A stretch of 64,000 nt of DNA from an uncultured Pseudomonadota bacterium (lineage in GTDB: Bacteria; Pseudomonadota; Gammaproteobacteria; Burkholderiales; SG8-39): the NCBI GenBank assembly GCA_903834835.1, contig CAILKO010000035.1:122539-186538 (forward strand), given 5' to 3'. Each line of letters begins with the position of its first letter. Position 1 is the first letter of the stretch. Of the stretch, positions 40,787 through 53,553 are shown piece by piece. Made by a program: the position numbers and the translations under genes. The notes below the pieces were generated by a model. That model was not told where the DNA came from. It did not search any database and saw only the letters and a list, made by a program, of their open reading frames with translations.

Positions 40787-42529
40787 TCAGGGCTTGAAGC
40801 GCCGAACAGTATTCCGGAGGAGGTCGCTTTCAGGATGATTTGCAAGCGAATCCTTCCACACACGCTCGGCCTCCGCACGCTGGCCCGCGACCCACAGAAC
40901 CTCGCCGAGATGAGCTCCGATCTCGGCGTCCTGGCGTTCCTTCCAAGCGCGCGTGAGATGGACGATCGCAGCCTTGAAGTCACCCATCCGATAGAGGACC
41001 CATCCCAGACTGTCCAAGATGAACATGTCCTCCGGCGCCAGTTCCACGGCCTTTTCGATAAGCCTACGCGCCTCGGGCAGACGTACATTGCGATCAGCGA
41101 ATGAGTAGCCAAGGGCGTTGTAGGCGTGCGCATTCTCCGGTTGCAACTGGATGAGACGGCGCAGATGCGCCTCCATCGCGTCGTGACGCTCTATTTTCTC
41201 GGCCGTAAGCGCGAGGTCATAGAGAATCTCGGGCTGGTCCGGTGTCTTCGCTAATGCCTCGTTCAGCAGGCCGAATGCTTCACTGGTGCGATTCGCGTCG
41301 CGCAACAATTGCGCCTCGGCGATGACGAATTGCGCCTGCTGCTCGGTGTTGGTCTGCGCCGCGTTGCGAAGGTAGGCACGCGCTTCGTCGAGCCTGCCAA
41401 GCTTCACGAGCGCCTGTGCAGTGCGCAGCCTCGCGGGTAGCGCACGCTCCCCTCGGGAGATACCCCTGTACCACTCGATCGCGCCGCTCCAGTCTTTACG
41501 CTCCTCCGCAATCTGCCCGAGCACAAATCGCGCCGCCGAAATATCCCGATATCCTGAATCGAGCACCCGCTTCATGCTCTGCTCAGCAATATCCAGGTCG
41601 CGCATCTGGAAGGCGAGAAGACCTGCCGCGTAGATGATCTCCGGCTCGCTTGAAGACGCCAGAAGCCGGTTGAATTCTCCACGTGCCTCGGGATAACGTT
41701 TCTCGCCAATCAGGGTGCGCGCATGTGCCAGACGCACCTCAAGCGCGTCCGGGTAGCGTGCCAGATGCGCCGCAAGACGCTCCGGGGCGCGCGCCGGCGA
41801 GTTGCGCTGCAATACCTGAGCCTCGAACAGCGCAGGCACCTCCCACGCCGGCCTGAGTTCCGCAGCACGGCGGATCGCATCCAGTGCGAGCGCCTCATTA
41901 CGCGCGAGCATCGCTGCCTGCGCAAGAGCAAACTGCGCCTCCGCGATATCCGGATGTCGCTTGACAAGTTCCCTCACCACCGCAAGGTTGGCCGCCTTGT
42001 CCGGGTTGCTCGCAAGCAGCCGGCCCAGGCGCAGGAACACTCCCGCGGGACTGTCGCCGTCCAGTCCGATCAGCTTCGCAATATACGGCTCGGCTTCGCG
42101 AACGCGCTGCATGCTTACCAGCAGCACGGAAATGGTCTGCAGGGCCTGCGCGGAGCCCGGGTCGCTTTCATGCCAAACCTTGGCCGACTCGAGTGCGATA
42201 TCCGAAATTCGAGCCTGGGTCGCGATCTCGACCGCCCTACGCGCAATGCGTGGGTCCTTGGTGCGCTTCGCCATCACGAGGTAGGTTTGGGCGGCAATAC
42301 CGGCGTTTCCGCGCTGATTTGCGACCTCGCCAAGCAGAAACTGATAAAGGGTCTCGTTGGTGAGTTCCTGCAGCGGCAACCTGGGCTCGGACCTCAACTC
42401 CTCGACCTGTGCAGGTCCCCGCGGCGTCTCATCCTCGTCCTCGGACTGTGCCCACGCCGGCAGCACCGCAAGGCCGGCAACGAGCAGGGATCCGAGAGCG
42501 GCAGGTTTCAGTCGATGGCGGAATGACAT
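40787..42529 (-). CDS. Exported TPR protein
   Basis: Signal peptide, multiple TPRs, NALGYSFAD, DSLGWVLY, EIGAHLGEVLW. Confidence 0.92.
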   Translation of the reverse strand: MSFRHRLKPAALGSLLVAGLAVLPAWAQSEDEDETPRGPAQVEELRSEPRLPLQELTNETLYQFLLGEVANQRGNAGIAAQTYLVMAKRTKDPRIARRAVEIATQARISDIALESAKVWHESDPGSAQALQTISVLLVSMQRVREAEPYIAKLIGLDGDSPAGVFLRLGRLLASNPDKAANLAVVRELVKRHPDIAEAQFALAQAAMLARNEALALDAIRRAAELRPAWEVPALFEAQVLQRNSPARAPERLAAHLARYPDALEVRLAHARTLIGEKRYPEARGEFNRLLASSSEPEIIYAAGLLAFQMRDLDIAEQSMKRVLDSGYRDISAARFVLGQIAEERKDWSGAIEWYRGISRGERALPARLRTAQALVKLGRLDEARAYLRNAAQTNTEQQAQFVIAEAQLLRDANRTSEAFGLLNEALAKTPDQPEILYDLALTAEKIERHDAMEAHLRRLIQLQPENAHAYNALGYSFADRNVRLPEARRLIEKAVELAPEDMFILDSLGWVLYRMGDFKAAIVHLTRAWKERQDAEIGAHLGEVLWVAGQRAEAERVWKDSLANHPESDLLRNTVRRFKP

Positions 42530-42712
42530 GGCTAGGATGCAGGATCGTCCAGAACGGCAAGAGGTTCGGCGCGCTCCGCGCTATTCGCACCTTCTTCGGT
42601 TGAATGCGGCACGACTCGCCCGGCACACGGTGATTGCAGTCATCTTAGGTATATTCCACCGCCTGCACAAGCAGACACGCCAGCAGTTGCCTTAATTCAG
42701 CGGATCGTAAAA

Positions 42713-44573
<1,861 letters not shown>

Positions 44574-44648
44574 GTCCAGGGTGGGTGCTTTGATAGAATG
44601 GAGTCCCACATCTTAGCGGTTCCCGCCGCGCTCCCGAGCAGAGCTTCC

Positions 44649-45650
44649 GTGTTTGGTATCGGCAACAAACCGCCAGAAAAGGGAGGCACGCCTCCCGGCG
44701 CCGCACCAGAGAAATCCTCATGGGCGAGCCGGTTGCGCGCGGGGATGTCACGTACCCGCGCGGCGATCGGCGGCGGTCTCGGGGCGCTCCTTGGCCGTCG
44801 ACCGGTAGACGAGGCACTATTCGAGGAACTTGAAGCCACGTTGCTTGGCGCCGACTGTGGGGTCGACGCCACCCGCTTCCTGCTCGACCAACTTCGCCGG
44901 CGCGCCCGCACGGAGGACATTCGAGAGAGCGCAGCGCTGAAGGACGCCCTCAAGGAAGCCTTGATCGAACTGATAGCACCGCTCGAGCGGCGACTGGACA
45001 TCGGGGCTGCGAGGCCCTGTGTCGTGATGATTGCCGGTGTGAACGGTAGCGGAAAGACCACTTCGATCGGCAAACTTACTAAATGGCTACAGGATCAGGG
45101 CTACAGCGTACTCCTTGCGGCCGGCGATACCTTTCGTGCTGCGGCTCGCGAACAACTGGTGACATGGGGCGAACGCAACGGCGTGCACGTGGTCTCCCAG
45201 GTGGGCGCGGATGCAAGCGCAGTTATGTTTGATGCCGTCGCCGCTGCGATTGCTCGCCATGTCGATGTGATGATTGCCGACACAGCTGGGCGCCTGCCCA
45301 CTCAGCTCAATCTCATGGAGGAGATCCGCAAGGTGAGGCGCGTGATCGGAAAAGCGAAGCCCGGAGCGCCTCATGAGGTGCTTCTGATACTCGATGCGAA
45401 CACCGGACAGAACACTCTTACACAGGTAAAGGCCTTTGACGAAGCACTTGGCCTCACCGGCCTCGTACTGACCAAGCTCGACGGCACCGCGCGCGGCGGG
45501 ATCGTCGCCGCGCTGGCCTACGCAAGGCGCAGTGCGGCGCCCGGCCGGCCAGGCGGTCCAGTACCGCTTCTGTTCGTTGGCGTCGGCGAGGGCATCGACG
45601 ATCTGCGCCCGTTCATTGCACGCGATTTTGTTGAGGCGCTGGTTGATTAG
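44649..45650 (+). CDS. ftsY: SRP receptor FtsY
   Basis: GVNGSGKTT, DTFRAAA, DTAGR, TKLDG; start approximate. Confidence 0.96.
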   Translation: MFGIGNKPPEKGGTPPGAAPEKSSWASRLRAGMSRTRAAIGGGLGALLGRRPVDEALFEELEATLLGADCGVDATRFLLDQLRRRARTEDIRESAALKDALKEALIELIAPLERRLDIGAARPCVVMIAGVNGSGKTTSIGKLTKWLQDQGYSVLLAAGDTFRAAAREQLVTWGERNGVHVVSQVGADASAVMFDAVAAAIARHVDVMIADTAGRLPTQLNLMEEIRKVRRVIGKAKPGAPHEVLLILDANTGQNTLTQVKAFDEALGLTGLVLTKLDGTARGGIVAALAYARRSAAPGRPGGPVPLLFVGVGEGIDDLRPFIARDFVEALVD

Positions 45651-46317
45651 CTTCGACTCCGTTTCAAAACGCTATCCCGGCAATCGGGAGGCGCTCTCCA
45701 GAGTGACATTTTCCGTGGACAACGGAGAGATGATCTTCATTACGGGTCACTCTGGCGCGGGTAAGTCCACGTTGCTTAAGTTGATTCCCGCAATCGAGCG
45801 CCCTACGAGTGGCAGCGTCGTGGTACAGGGCCAGAACATCAGCGCAATGAAAGCGTCGGCGCTGCCGTATCTGCGTAGAAGCATCGGTGTGGTCTTCCAG
45901 GACCAGAAGCTGCTGCACGACCGTAACGTCTATGAAAATGTGATGCTTCCGCTCGCGTTTTCTGACCACGCCCCCAAGGAGGCCGCCCGCCGCGCGCGCG
46001 CTGCGCTCGATAAAGTTGGCCTGCTCGACCGCGAGCTGTCGCACCCGATCCAGCTCTCCGGCGGCGAACAGCAGCGCCTTGCGATTGCTCGTGCGGTGGT
46101 GAACCGCCCGTCCATCCTCATCGCGGACGAACCTACCGCGAACCTGGACGACGACTCCGCACGCATTGTGATGGAGATATTCCTCAGCTTTCACCAGGTA
46201 GGCGTCACGATCCTGCTCGCTTCGCACGATCAGGCGATGATGCGCCGCTACGGCGGGCGTGTATTCGCGCTCGCGGGCGGGAAACTTACGGAAAGACCCG
46301 CGGAGGCGGCCGCATGA
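45643..46317 (+). CDS. ftsE: Cell-division ATPase FtsE
   Basis: [21 protein letters not shown]; ftsYEX order. Confidence 0.95.
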   Translation: MISFDSVSKRYPGNREALSRVTFSVDNGEMIFITGHSGAGKSTLLKLIPAIERPTSGSVVVQGQNISAMKASALPYLRRSIGVVFQDQKLLHDRNVYENVMLPLAFSDHAPKEAARRARAALDKVGLLDRELSHPIQLSGGEQQRLAIARAVVNRPSILIADEPTANLDDDSARIVMEIFLSFHQVGVTILLASHDQAMMRRYGGRVFALAGGKLTERPAEAAA

Positions 46318-47222
46318 GATCCTGGTTGCGTCATCACCGCATGGCGTTCAACTCGGCAGCACGCAAGCTTGCGGCTCAGAAATCGGCGGCATTCGCGAGT
46401 GTGCTTGCGATCGGGATCGCAATCTCGCTTCCGCTCGCAGGCTACATTCTTCTCGAACCGCTGCGCGGGTTACTCGGGCGGGTGGCGCTTGAGCCCCAGT
46501 TGACGGTATTCATGAAGCAGTCTGCGAAGCGCGACGACGCCGATGCGCTGGGTCGCACGCTCCGCGGAGACGTCCGCATTGGCAGCGCAAGGCTTATTGC
46601 CAAGGAGGCGGCACTCAAGGAGTTGGCGAGCGTCGAGGGTATGGCCGATGTGGTGTCGGTTCTGGCGATCAATCCGCTGCCAGACGCCTACGTAGTCCGT
46701 GCTCGGGACACCGCCCCCGAGTCGATGGAGCGCCTCGCGAGCGAGTTGCAGGCACTTCCAGGCGTGGAGCGCGTGCATGCGGATAGCCTGTGGGCACGGC
46801 GGCTCGCCTCGATCGCCGCAATCGGCCGAGTCGCGTTGATGATCCTCTCCACGCTCCTTGGTTTCGGTCTTATTGCGGTGACCTTCAATACGATACGCCT
46901 TCAGATTCTTACCTTGCGCGACGAGATTGAGGTGTCAAAGCTCCTCGGCGCGACTGATGGCTACATCCGGCGCCCCTACTACTACCTCGGCGTGCTCCAG
47001 GGCGCTATCGGCGGCGCCATTGCCCTGATCATCGTCTTGACGGGCACCTACATCATGAATCTTGAGGTCGGCGTGCTCGCCGACTCTTACGGATCAAGCT
47101 TCCGGCTGCCCTTTCCGCCGCTAGCCGACGCGGTTTCGGTGATCGTTTACGCAGGCTTGCTTGGATGGCTCGGCGCCCATCTCTCCGTGAGTCGCCATCT
47201 ACGGGACATTGAGCCGAGCTGA
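46314..47222 (+). CDS. ftsX: Cell-division permease FtsX
   Basis: NPLPD, NTIRLQI, EIEVSKLLGAT. Confidence 0.95.
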   Translation: MRSWLRHHRMAFNSAARKLAAQKSAAFASVLAIGIAISLPLAGYILLEPLRGLLGRVALEPQLTVFMKQSAKRDDADALGRTLRGDVRIGSARLIAKEAALKELASVEGMADVVSVLAINPLPDAYVVRARDTAPESMERLASELQALPGVERVHADSLWARRLASIAAIGRVALMILSTLLGFGLIAVTFNTIRLQILTLRDEIEVSKLLGATDGYIRRPYYYLGVLQGAIGGAIALIIVLTGTYIMNLEVGVLADSYGSSFRLPFPPLADAVSVIVYAGLLGWLGAHLSVSRHLRDIEPS

Positions 47223-47340
47223 GTGAAAATCCCACTCATGGCAGCAAGCACAGATGGTTAGTGTTTGCTCACACCCAATATTTATATTATTTTTGTTTGG
47301 TTTCTACCGATAGCAAAACGCGAGCATTTCGGGGAAGGAA

Positions 47341-47367
47341 TTAGCACTCCATATCGGAGAGTGCTAA
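47341..47367. promoter_or_regulatory. Perfect CIRCE upstream of rpoH
   Basis: TTAGCACTC-CATATCGGA-GAGTGCTAA, an exact consensus match. Confidence 0.95.
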
Positions 47368-47399
47368 AATGGGTCATATCCTTCTAAAGGAGCCCTACG

Positions 47400-48272
47400 A
47401 TGACCTCGACAGCGATTCTGCCCTTCGCATCCCTCCCGGTGCCTTTGGCAGCGGGCAGCCTTGAGGCGTATATCCGGTCGGTCAATAGCCTCCCGCTACT
47501 AAGCTCTGAGGAAGAGCACCAGCTTGCCCAGCGCTATCTCGACAATAACGATCTTGAGGCGGCGCGCTCCCTCGTAATGTCCCACCTGAGGCTGGTGGTA
47601 TCCATCGCGAGAAGTTATCTGGGCTACGGTCTGCCGCACGCTGATCTCATCCAGGAAGGCAACATCGGTCTGATGAAGGCCGTGAAGCGCTTTGACCCGG
47701 CACGCGGCGTGCGACTGGTGTCGTTCGCAATGTACTGGATCAAGGCCGAGATCCACGAGTACATTCTGCGCAACTGGCGCCTGGTGAAGATCGCCACGAC
47801 CAAGGCCCAGCGCAAGCTGTTCTTCAATCTTCGCTCGATGAAGAAAAATCTCGGGACGATGAGCGCAGGCGATGTTGCGCATATTGCCGACACCCTCCAT
47901 GTGAAGCCCGAGGAGGTCACCGAGATGGAAACCCGTCTGTCGGGCCAGGACATCTCCTTCGACGTCGAAGAAGACGACGAGGGCGGCTACGCGCCTGTTC
48001 AGTACCTCGCCGACCCGGATGCCGAGCCCTCACGCGTGATCGAAGGCGCGCAGATCAGCGCCCTGCGCAGCGCAAGCCTTGAGCGCGCTCTTGAGAGTCT
48101 CGATCCACGCAGCCGACGCATCGTCGAATCGCGCTGGCTGAGCGGCAAGGAACCTGCCACGTTGCACGAACTGGCGGTGGAGTTCGACGTGTCCGCCGAG
48201 CGGATCCGGCAGATCGAAGCCAAGGCGATGCAGAAGATGCGCAAGCTGATGCTGGACGCCGGAGCTGCCTGA
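47400..48272 (+). CDS. rpoH: Sigma32
   Basis: DLIQEGNIGLMKAV, RpoH box QRKLFFNLR. Confidence 0.98.
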   Translation: MTSTAILPFASLPVPLAAGSLEAYIRSVNSLPLLSSEEEHQLAQRYLDNNDLEAARSLVMSHLRLVVSIARSYLGYGLPHADLIQEGNIGLMKAVKRFDPARGVRLVSFAMYWIKAEIHEYILRNWRLVKIATTKAQRKLFFNLRSMKKNLGTMSAGDVAHIADTLHVKPEEVTEMETRLSGQDISFDVEEDDEGGYAPVQYLADPDAEPSRVIEGAQISALRSASLERALESLDPRSRRIVESRWLSGKEPATLHELAVEFDVSAERIRQIEAKAMQKMRKLMLDAGAA

Positions 48273-48299
48273 GCAATTCGCCGGGGGTCAGCCGGATGC

Positions 48300-48878
48300 T
48301 TAGGCCTGCTCCCGGAGGAGCGTCCGGATATCCGTCACGAGATCCTCGCCAAGTCGCTCGTGACGCACGAACAGGCGCAGCCGTCCCTTGGCGTCGATTA
48401 CGTAGGTCTGTGAACTGTGATCGATGCTGTAGCGCCCGGGTGATGAACCGGCCCGCTTCTCAAAGAATACCTTGAACTCTTTTGCGACCGCCCGAGTCGC
48501 ATCAAGATCCCCGCTCAGCCCTAAAAAATCGGAATTGAACGCGGCGAGGTACTGCGCGATCAGCGCCGGCGAATCGCGCTCTGGATCCAGCGTGACGAAC
48601 ACCACCTGAACCCTTGCAGCATCGGCTCCGAGCTCTTTCAGTGCCGCGGACACCTGCCCGAGCGTTGTGGGGCATACATCCGGGCATTGAGTGAAGCCAA
48701 AGAACAGCACCACCACCTTACCCTTGAAATCCGCGAGCGAGCGCTGCCTGCCCGAAGTATCACGCAGTTCGAGCGTCTTGCCGTAGTTTGCCCCGGTAAT
48801 GTCGGTGCTGCGAAATCTTTGCTCGCCCGCGCCGCACGCGGCCAGGCAAAGCATCAGCATCAGGAGCAGAGCACGCAC
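48300..48878 (-). CDS. SCO1/SenC copper chaperone lipoprotein
   Basis: Lipobox LAAC, FGFTQCPDVCP, DPERD, IDHS. Confidence 0.93.
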   Translation of the reverse strand: MRALLLMLMLCLAACGAGEQRFRSTDITGANYGKTLELRDTSGRQRSLADFKGKVVVLFFGFTQCPDVCPTTLGQVSAALKELGADAARVQVVFVTLDPERDSPALIAQYLAAFNSDFLGLSGDLDATRAVAKEFKVFFEKRAGSSPGRYSIDHSSQTYVIDAKGRLRLFVRHERLGEDLVTDIRTLLREQA

Positions 48879-48884
48879 CGGCCG

Positions 48885-49787
48885 TCAGCGCAGGTAATGA
48901 TCGACTAGCAGGGCCGCGAACAGACCGGACAAGTACACCAGCGAATAGTTGAACGCGCGTCTGGCTAGCTGGTCTGAGTAGGATCGGTAGAGCGCAATCG
49001 CATACCAGAGATAGCCTGCACCTAGCGCGACTGCTGCGACGAAATAGATAAGGCCGCTCATGCGCACGACATAGGGCAGCATGCTGCAGCCGAACAGAAC
49101 CATCGTATAAAGCAGTATCTGGAGCCGCGTGTACGGTTTACCGTGCGTGACCGGAAGCATCGGCAGTCCGCTGCGCACGTAGTCCTCGGTACGATAGAGG
49201 GCGAGAGACCAGAAGTGTGGAGGAGTCCATGCAAAGATGATGAGAAAGAGGTACATCGCGTCGCTCGTCACTTCACCCGTCACCGCCGCCCAGCCGAGTA
49301 CGGGCGGCATTGCACCTGCTGCGCCGCCGATCACGATGTTCTGCGGCGTCGCGGGCTTGAGAAATACCGTATAGACGACCGCATAGCCGACAAACGTCGC
49401 CAGAGTGAGCCACATGGTGAGGGGGTTGACCAGGCGATAGAGCATCCACAGACCGAGACCGCCGATCACGCAGGAAAACACCATGGTCTGCTTCGCGGTC
49501 AAGATGCCGCTCGGAAGAGGCCTACCCTGGGTTCTGCGCATCAACGCGTCGGTCTTGTGCTCAATCAGGCAGTTCATCGCCGCAGCTGCGCCGGCGACCA
49601 GAGCAATACCCAGACCACCGAAGATCAGCACGCCCGGTGCAACCATTCCGGGCGTAGCAAGGAACATCCCAATGAGCGCAGTAAACACGATCAGCCACAC
49701 CACACGCGGTTTGGTTAGCGCATAGTAGGCCCGCAGCTGGCGGATCAGGCCGCGGTCCGATTCTTCCGCTATCGTCGATGTGTTCAC
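48885..49787 (-). CDS. cyoE: Heme o synthase
   Basis: [32 protein letters not shown]. Confidence 0.96.
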   Translation of the reverse strand: MNTSTIAEESDRGLIRQLRAYYALTKPRVVWLIVFTALIGMFLATPGMVAPGVLIFGGLGIALVAGAAAAMNCLIEHKTDALMRRTQGRPLPSGILTAKQTMVFSCVIGGLGLWMLYRLVNPLTMWLTLATFVGYAVVYTVFLKPATPQNIVIGGAAGAMPPVLGWAAVTGEVTSDAMYLFLIIFAWTPPHFWSLALYRTEDYVRSGLPMLPVTHGKPYTRLQILLYTMVLFGCSMLPYVVRMSGLIYFVAAVALGAGYLWYAIALYRSYSDQLARRAFNYSLVYLSGLFAALLVDHYLR

Positions 49788-50815
49788 TTAGGTCCCGATA
49801 CGGTGGGAACGACCTTGACCGAGCGGCTCGTTGGTGTTGGTTCCAAGCCACTGAATGCAAAGAAGTTTAGCACGACAAGCGAGCCAAGCAGCAGCGTTGC
49901 GCCAAGATTGTGGGCGGCTGCCACCGGCAGGGGCAGCCCGAGCAGAACAGTGAACATGCCGAGCGATAACTGAGCGATCAGCAGCCCCGCCACCCCAAGC
50001 GCAAGGCGGCGCAGTGGCGAAGCGAAAGCGCGATACAACACCCATGCAAACAACAACAGAACGAACAGAGCAAAAGCGCGGTGTACCCAATGGATCGCCG
50101 TAAGCGCGTCCAGCGGCAGCAGTTCGCCTCCAGCGGTCTGCCCAAGTTCACGAAACACGTGAAAAGAGTCGCTGAACGCCATGGCGGGCACGACCGCCCC
50201 GCGGCAAAGCGGAAAGTCGGGACATGCCAGCGCGGCGTAGTTGGCGCTCACCCAACCGCCGAGCGTGATCTGGACGCAGACGGCAAGCAGCCCGGCAAGT
50301 GCCGGAAAACGCAAGGTGCGGCTCTCGGGGGCCGGCCGCCAGTCACGCTCGGACACGTGAAACCAGACAAGAAGCGAAAACACCGTCAGACCACCCAGCA
50401 GGTGGGCGGTGACGATAGCCGGCTTCAAGAGCAGCGTCACGGTCCACATGCCGAGCGCCGCCTGAAACAGCACCGCAAGCAGGAGACAGCTCGCGACGAT
50501 GCGTCGCCAACCCGATCCCCCACCGGGTCGCCAGGAGAGGATGAACAACCATGCGATCAGGATACCCAGAACACCAGCGAGGTAGCGGTGCCCCATCTCC
50601 TTCCATGCTTTCGCAAATGACACCGAACCGTGTTCACCGCCTTGCTCCGCAACCGCGCGCGCGATCTCGCTCGCCGCGTGAGCGGGAGTGGGTTTGCCAT
50701 AGCAGCCCGGCCAATCAGGGCACCCGAGCCCTGCATCGGAAAGCCGCACATACGCACCGGCCACGATGACAACAAGGGCAAGGCAGGCCGCCGCAAGAGT
50801 TAGTGTGCGATGCAA
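49784..50815 (-). CDS. ctaA: Heme A synthase (COX15/CtaA)
   Basis: [24 protein letters not shown]. Confidence 0.93.
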   Translation of the reverse strand: MHRTLTLAAACLALVVIVAGAYVRLSDAGLGCPDWPGCYGKPTPAHAASEIARAVAEQGGEHGSVSFAKAWKEMGHRYLAGVLGILIAWLFILSWRPGGGSGWRRIVASCLLLAVLFQAALGMWTVTLLLKPAIVTAHLLGGLTVFSLLVWFHVSERDWRPAPESRTLRFPALAGLLAVCVQITLGGWVSANYAALACPDFPLCRGAVVPAMAFSDSFHVFRELGQTAGGELLPLDALTAIHWVHRAFALFVLLLFAWVLYRAFASPLRRLALGVAGLLIAQLSLGMFTVLLGLPLPVAAAHNLGATLLLGSLVVLNFFAFSGLEPTPTSRSVKVVPTVSGPK

Positions 50816-50823
50816 ATGCCCTC

Positions 50824-51375
50824 CTAGCCGAAAGCCGAATATTTCAAGAGCCGCTGCAGATCCTTAATCATCCCGGCAGGCTCGCTGCTTCGAGAGTAGC
50901 GCATCATCAGATTGCCGAGCGGATCCACGAGATAGATGAATGCGTTGAGATCGCTCGGTGTTCCGAACTGTGCCGGATCACCCACTGCACGCACGCGCGC
51001 GACCTGAGTCCCTTCTATTGCCTGCACCAGCCCGCCCTTTGGCATGGCTTCGTCCTGAAGCACCCACAGTCGAGCGATACGGTCCTGTTCCGCGCCCTGC
51101 GCCTTTCTTGCCTGCCGCATGATGTAGAGCTTCGCTTCGCACGCGCGATCGCATTCCGCGCGATCAAAACTGACCAGCACCCACTTGCCCTTCAGGGATT
51201 CAAATGCGGCACCCGCAAGAGGCCGCGGCCTAAGCAGCTCGCCATGATTGGCCGTGGCACCGGGTGCCAGGTCAAACAGGTAGGCAATCCAGCCGAGGAC
51301 CATGGGCGCCGCACAAAACGCCGCAATCAAGAGCATCTTGACCCTGCCTCGTCTGCGCACGTCAGTCTCAGGCAC
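50824..51375 (-). CDS. Cox-cluster membrane-anchored thioredoxin-like protein
   Basis: N-terminal TM segment, CDRAC, YLVDPLGNLMMRY, KDLQRLLK. Confidence 0.85.
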   Translation of the reverse strand: MPETDVRRRGRVKMLLIAAFCAAPMVLGWIAYLFDLAPGATANHGELLRPRPLAGAAFESLKGKWVLVSFDRAECDRACEAKLYIMRQARKAQGAEQDRIARLWVLQDEAMPKGGLVQAIEGTQVARVRAVGDPAQFGTPSDLNAFIYLVDPLGNLMMRYSRSSEPAGMIKDLQRLLKYSAFG

Positions 51376-52114
51376 GGGCCTTCCTTCTGAAGGACAGCAC
51401 TACGAAAAGAATTGCGGACAGCAGAGCAAAGCAATACCACTGCACGGCGTAGGCAACGTTCTTATCCGCGCCTGAATCTTTACGCGGCCAAGTACGGTCG
51501 AGCCCGTCTGCCGTGTCCGTATGCTGCTCCAGAACAAAAGGGAGCATTGCACGGCCGCTCAGCCGCGCAAATTCGGCTATGGACAAGTTCTGCCTCACCC
51601 GGCTAGCGGGCGGCGTCCCGGGGGGCTGCAAGGCGTGCGACAGGGCATGCAACGTAACGCCCTCGATTTCTACCTCTGTATCCGGCGTAATAACGCTAGG
51701 TATGGCGTCACGGCGCGCACCCGCTGGGAGCCAGCCCCTCAGCACGAGAATGTTCATATCACTGCCTTTAAGACGGATCGGCGTGAGGACCTCGTAGCCG
51801 GGCTTGCCTCCGCGCGAACGGTTGTCGAGAAAGTAGGTGAACCCGGGATCGAATGTCCCTTTTAGGGCGATCCTGCGTCCGAGGTATCCACGGGGATCGA
51901 TCCCCGCCGCGACTGCCGCCGCAGTCATCGCAAGTGCCGTTTGATTCATGGCTGCGTCGTGTTGAGCGCTCACCAGTCGCTTCTCCGCAGCCCGACGCAT
52001 TTGCCAGTTCCCCAGCAGTACGGTTATCACGCACGCGGCCGCTGCGATCAGCAGGCCCGCGAGCGTCGGTCTGAACTCGCGCCCGCGAAGAATCAGCGAC
52101 ACCCGGAATACCAC
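51368..52114 (-). CDS. SURF1 family protein
   Basis: LGNWQMRRA, GYEVLTP, LRGW, YAVQW. Confidence 0.92.
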   Translation of the reverse strand: MVFRVSLILRGREFRPTLAGLLIAAAACVITVLLGNWQMRRAAEKRLVSAQHDAAMNQTALAMTAAAVAAGIDPRGYLGRRIALKGTFDPGFTYFLDNRSRGGKPGYEVLTPIRLKGSDMNILVLRGWLPAGARRDAIPSVITPDTEVEIEGVTLHALSHALQPPGTPPASRVRQNLSIAEFARLSGRAMLPFVLEQHTDTADGLDRTWPRKDSGADKNVAYAVQWYCFALLSAILFVVLSFRRKARA

Positions 52115-52171
52115 CCTTCGCGATGAATTACACTCGCTGCGGTAAAAACGCCGAACCCGTGCAGGATATCC

Positions 52172-52369
52172 ATGCGGTATATCGTCATTGCGGCACTACT
52201 GCTGATCGTAGCCAGCCTTGCCTCGGCCCTAATCTTCGTCATGCGCGACCGGAGCGGTTCGAACCGCGCGCTATACGCGCTGGCGATCAGGGTCGGACTC
52301 TCGCTGACGCTATTCCTGTTTCTGATGGCCAGCTACTACTTCGGGTTGATCCCGGGGAAGCCGGGCTGA
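52172..52369 (+). CDS. Twin-transmembrane small protein (DUF2909-like)
   Basis: IVASLASAL...ALAIRVGLS; usual position in cox clusters. Confidence 0.85.
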   Translation: MRYIVIAALLLIVASLASALIFVMRDRSGSNRALYALAIRVGLSLTLFLFLMASYYFGLIPGKPG

Positions 52370-52435
52370 CTCTGATCGGCGTACGCCCCGGTGACGGCGC
52401 GCCAACCGTATCCGGAGAGCGCCGTTCCTGCCCGG

Positions 52436-53299
52436 CTAGAGCCAGTAAACAAGCACGAACAGACCGAGCCAGACCACATCCACGAAGTGCCAATACCAGG
52501 CCACGGCCTCGAATGCGAAGTGATGGTCAGGTCTGAAGTGACCCTTCATGCAACGCACCAGCACGACCACCAGCATGATCGCACCCATGGTGACGTGGAA
52601 ACCGTGGAAGCCCGTGAGCATGAAAAACGTCGAACCGTAAACGCCAGTCGACAGCTTGAGGTTCAACTCAGAATAGGCATGGCTGTATTCGTAGCCCTGC
52701 AACACGATGAACACCGCGCCGAGCGCTACCGTAAGAAACAGAAACAGGTTTAGCCGCCCCCGGTGATTCTCCTTCAGCGCGTGGTGTGCAATCGTCAGCG
52801 TCACACCCGAACTGAGCAACAGCAGCGTGTTGATCGCCGGAATTCCCCATGCCCCCATCGGCGTGAACTTCTCCGTGAATCCCGGTCCTGCGGACGGCCA
52901 GTGCTCAGTGAATCCTGGCCACAGGGTTTCGCTGTGAAGCATGCTCGCCAGGTCGGGGACGGATTGCACGCGCGCCCAGTAAAGCGCACCAAAGAACCCC
53001 GCGAAGAACATTACCTCGGAAAAAATGAACCAGCTCATCCCCCATCGGAAGGACAGGTCTTCCTGAGCCGCATACTTGCCACTCTCAGACTCGGCGATCA
53101 CCGCGCCAAACCAGCGGAACAGCATGAACAGGATCAGCATCACACCAGATGAAAACGCAATCCAGCCTGTCGACATGGAGTTCATGGCGAAAACGCCACC
53201 CAGCGCCATCAGGAAGAGGGCGATCGACCCCAGGATGGGCCATGCCATCGGTTGCGGTACGTAGTACTTCTGCCCGGCATGCGACGTGGTTTGCGCCAT
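52436..53299 (-). CDS. coxC: Cytochrome c oxidase subunit III
   Basis: FIFSEVMFF, TGFHGFHV, WYWHFVDVVW. Confidence 0.97.
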   Translation of the reverse strand: MAQTTSHAGQKYYVPQPMAWPILGSIALFLMALGGVFAMNSMSTGWIAFSSGVMLILFMLFRWFGAVIAESESGKYAAQEDLSFRWGMSWFIFSEVMFFAGFFGALYWARVQSVPDLASMLHSETLWPGFTEHWPSAGPGFTEKFTPMGAWGIPAINTLLLLSSGVTLTIAHHALKENHRGRLNLFLFLTVALGAVFIVLQGYEYSHAYSELNLKLSTGVYGSTFFMLTGFHGFHVTMGAIMLVVVLVRCMKGHFRPDHHFAFEAVAWYWHFVDVVWLGLFVLVYWL

Positions 53300-53348
53300 T
53301 TTTGAAGACTCCCTTAAATCCAGAATTTCCGTTTGTATCCGCCCGCAG

Positions 53349-53522
53349 CTACTTCAGCACCATGCGCACGACGAAAACGAGCGTCAGCACGAACAGCAGC
53401 GCAGCAAACATGCCTGCAGCGATGATCGCCCCGGGATGAACCGACTGCGTCTCGCGATCATGGTCTTCCTTTCGCCGCACGCCGATCGCCGCAAACAGCA
53501 CCGTCTTGAGGACGTTCAGCAT
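53349..53522 (-). CDS. Small membrane protein (DUF2970-like)
   Basis: KTVLFAAIGVRRKEDHDRE...IIAAG. Confidence 0.8.
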   Translation of the reverse strand: MLNVLKTVLFAAIGVRRKEDHDRETQSVHPGAIIAAGMFAALLFVLTLVFVVRMVLK

Positions 53523-53553
53523 GCCGTGCCTTCCGGCCGGACCACGATCGCGC

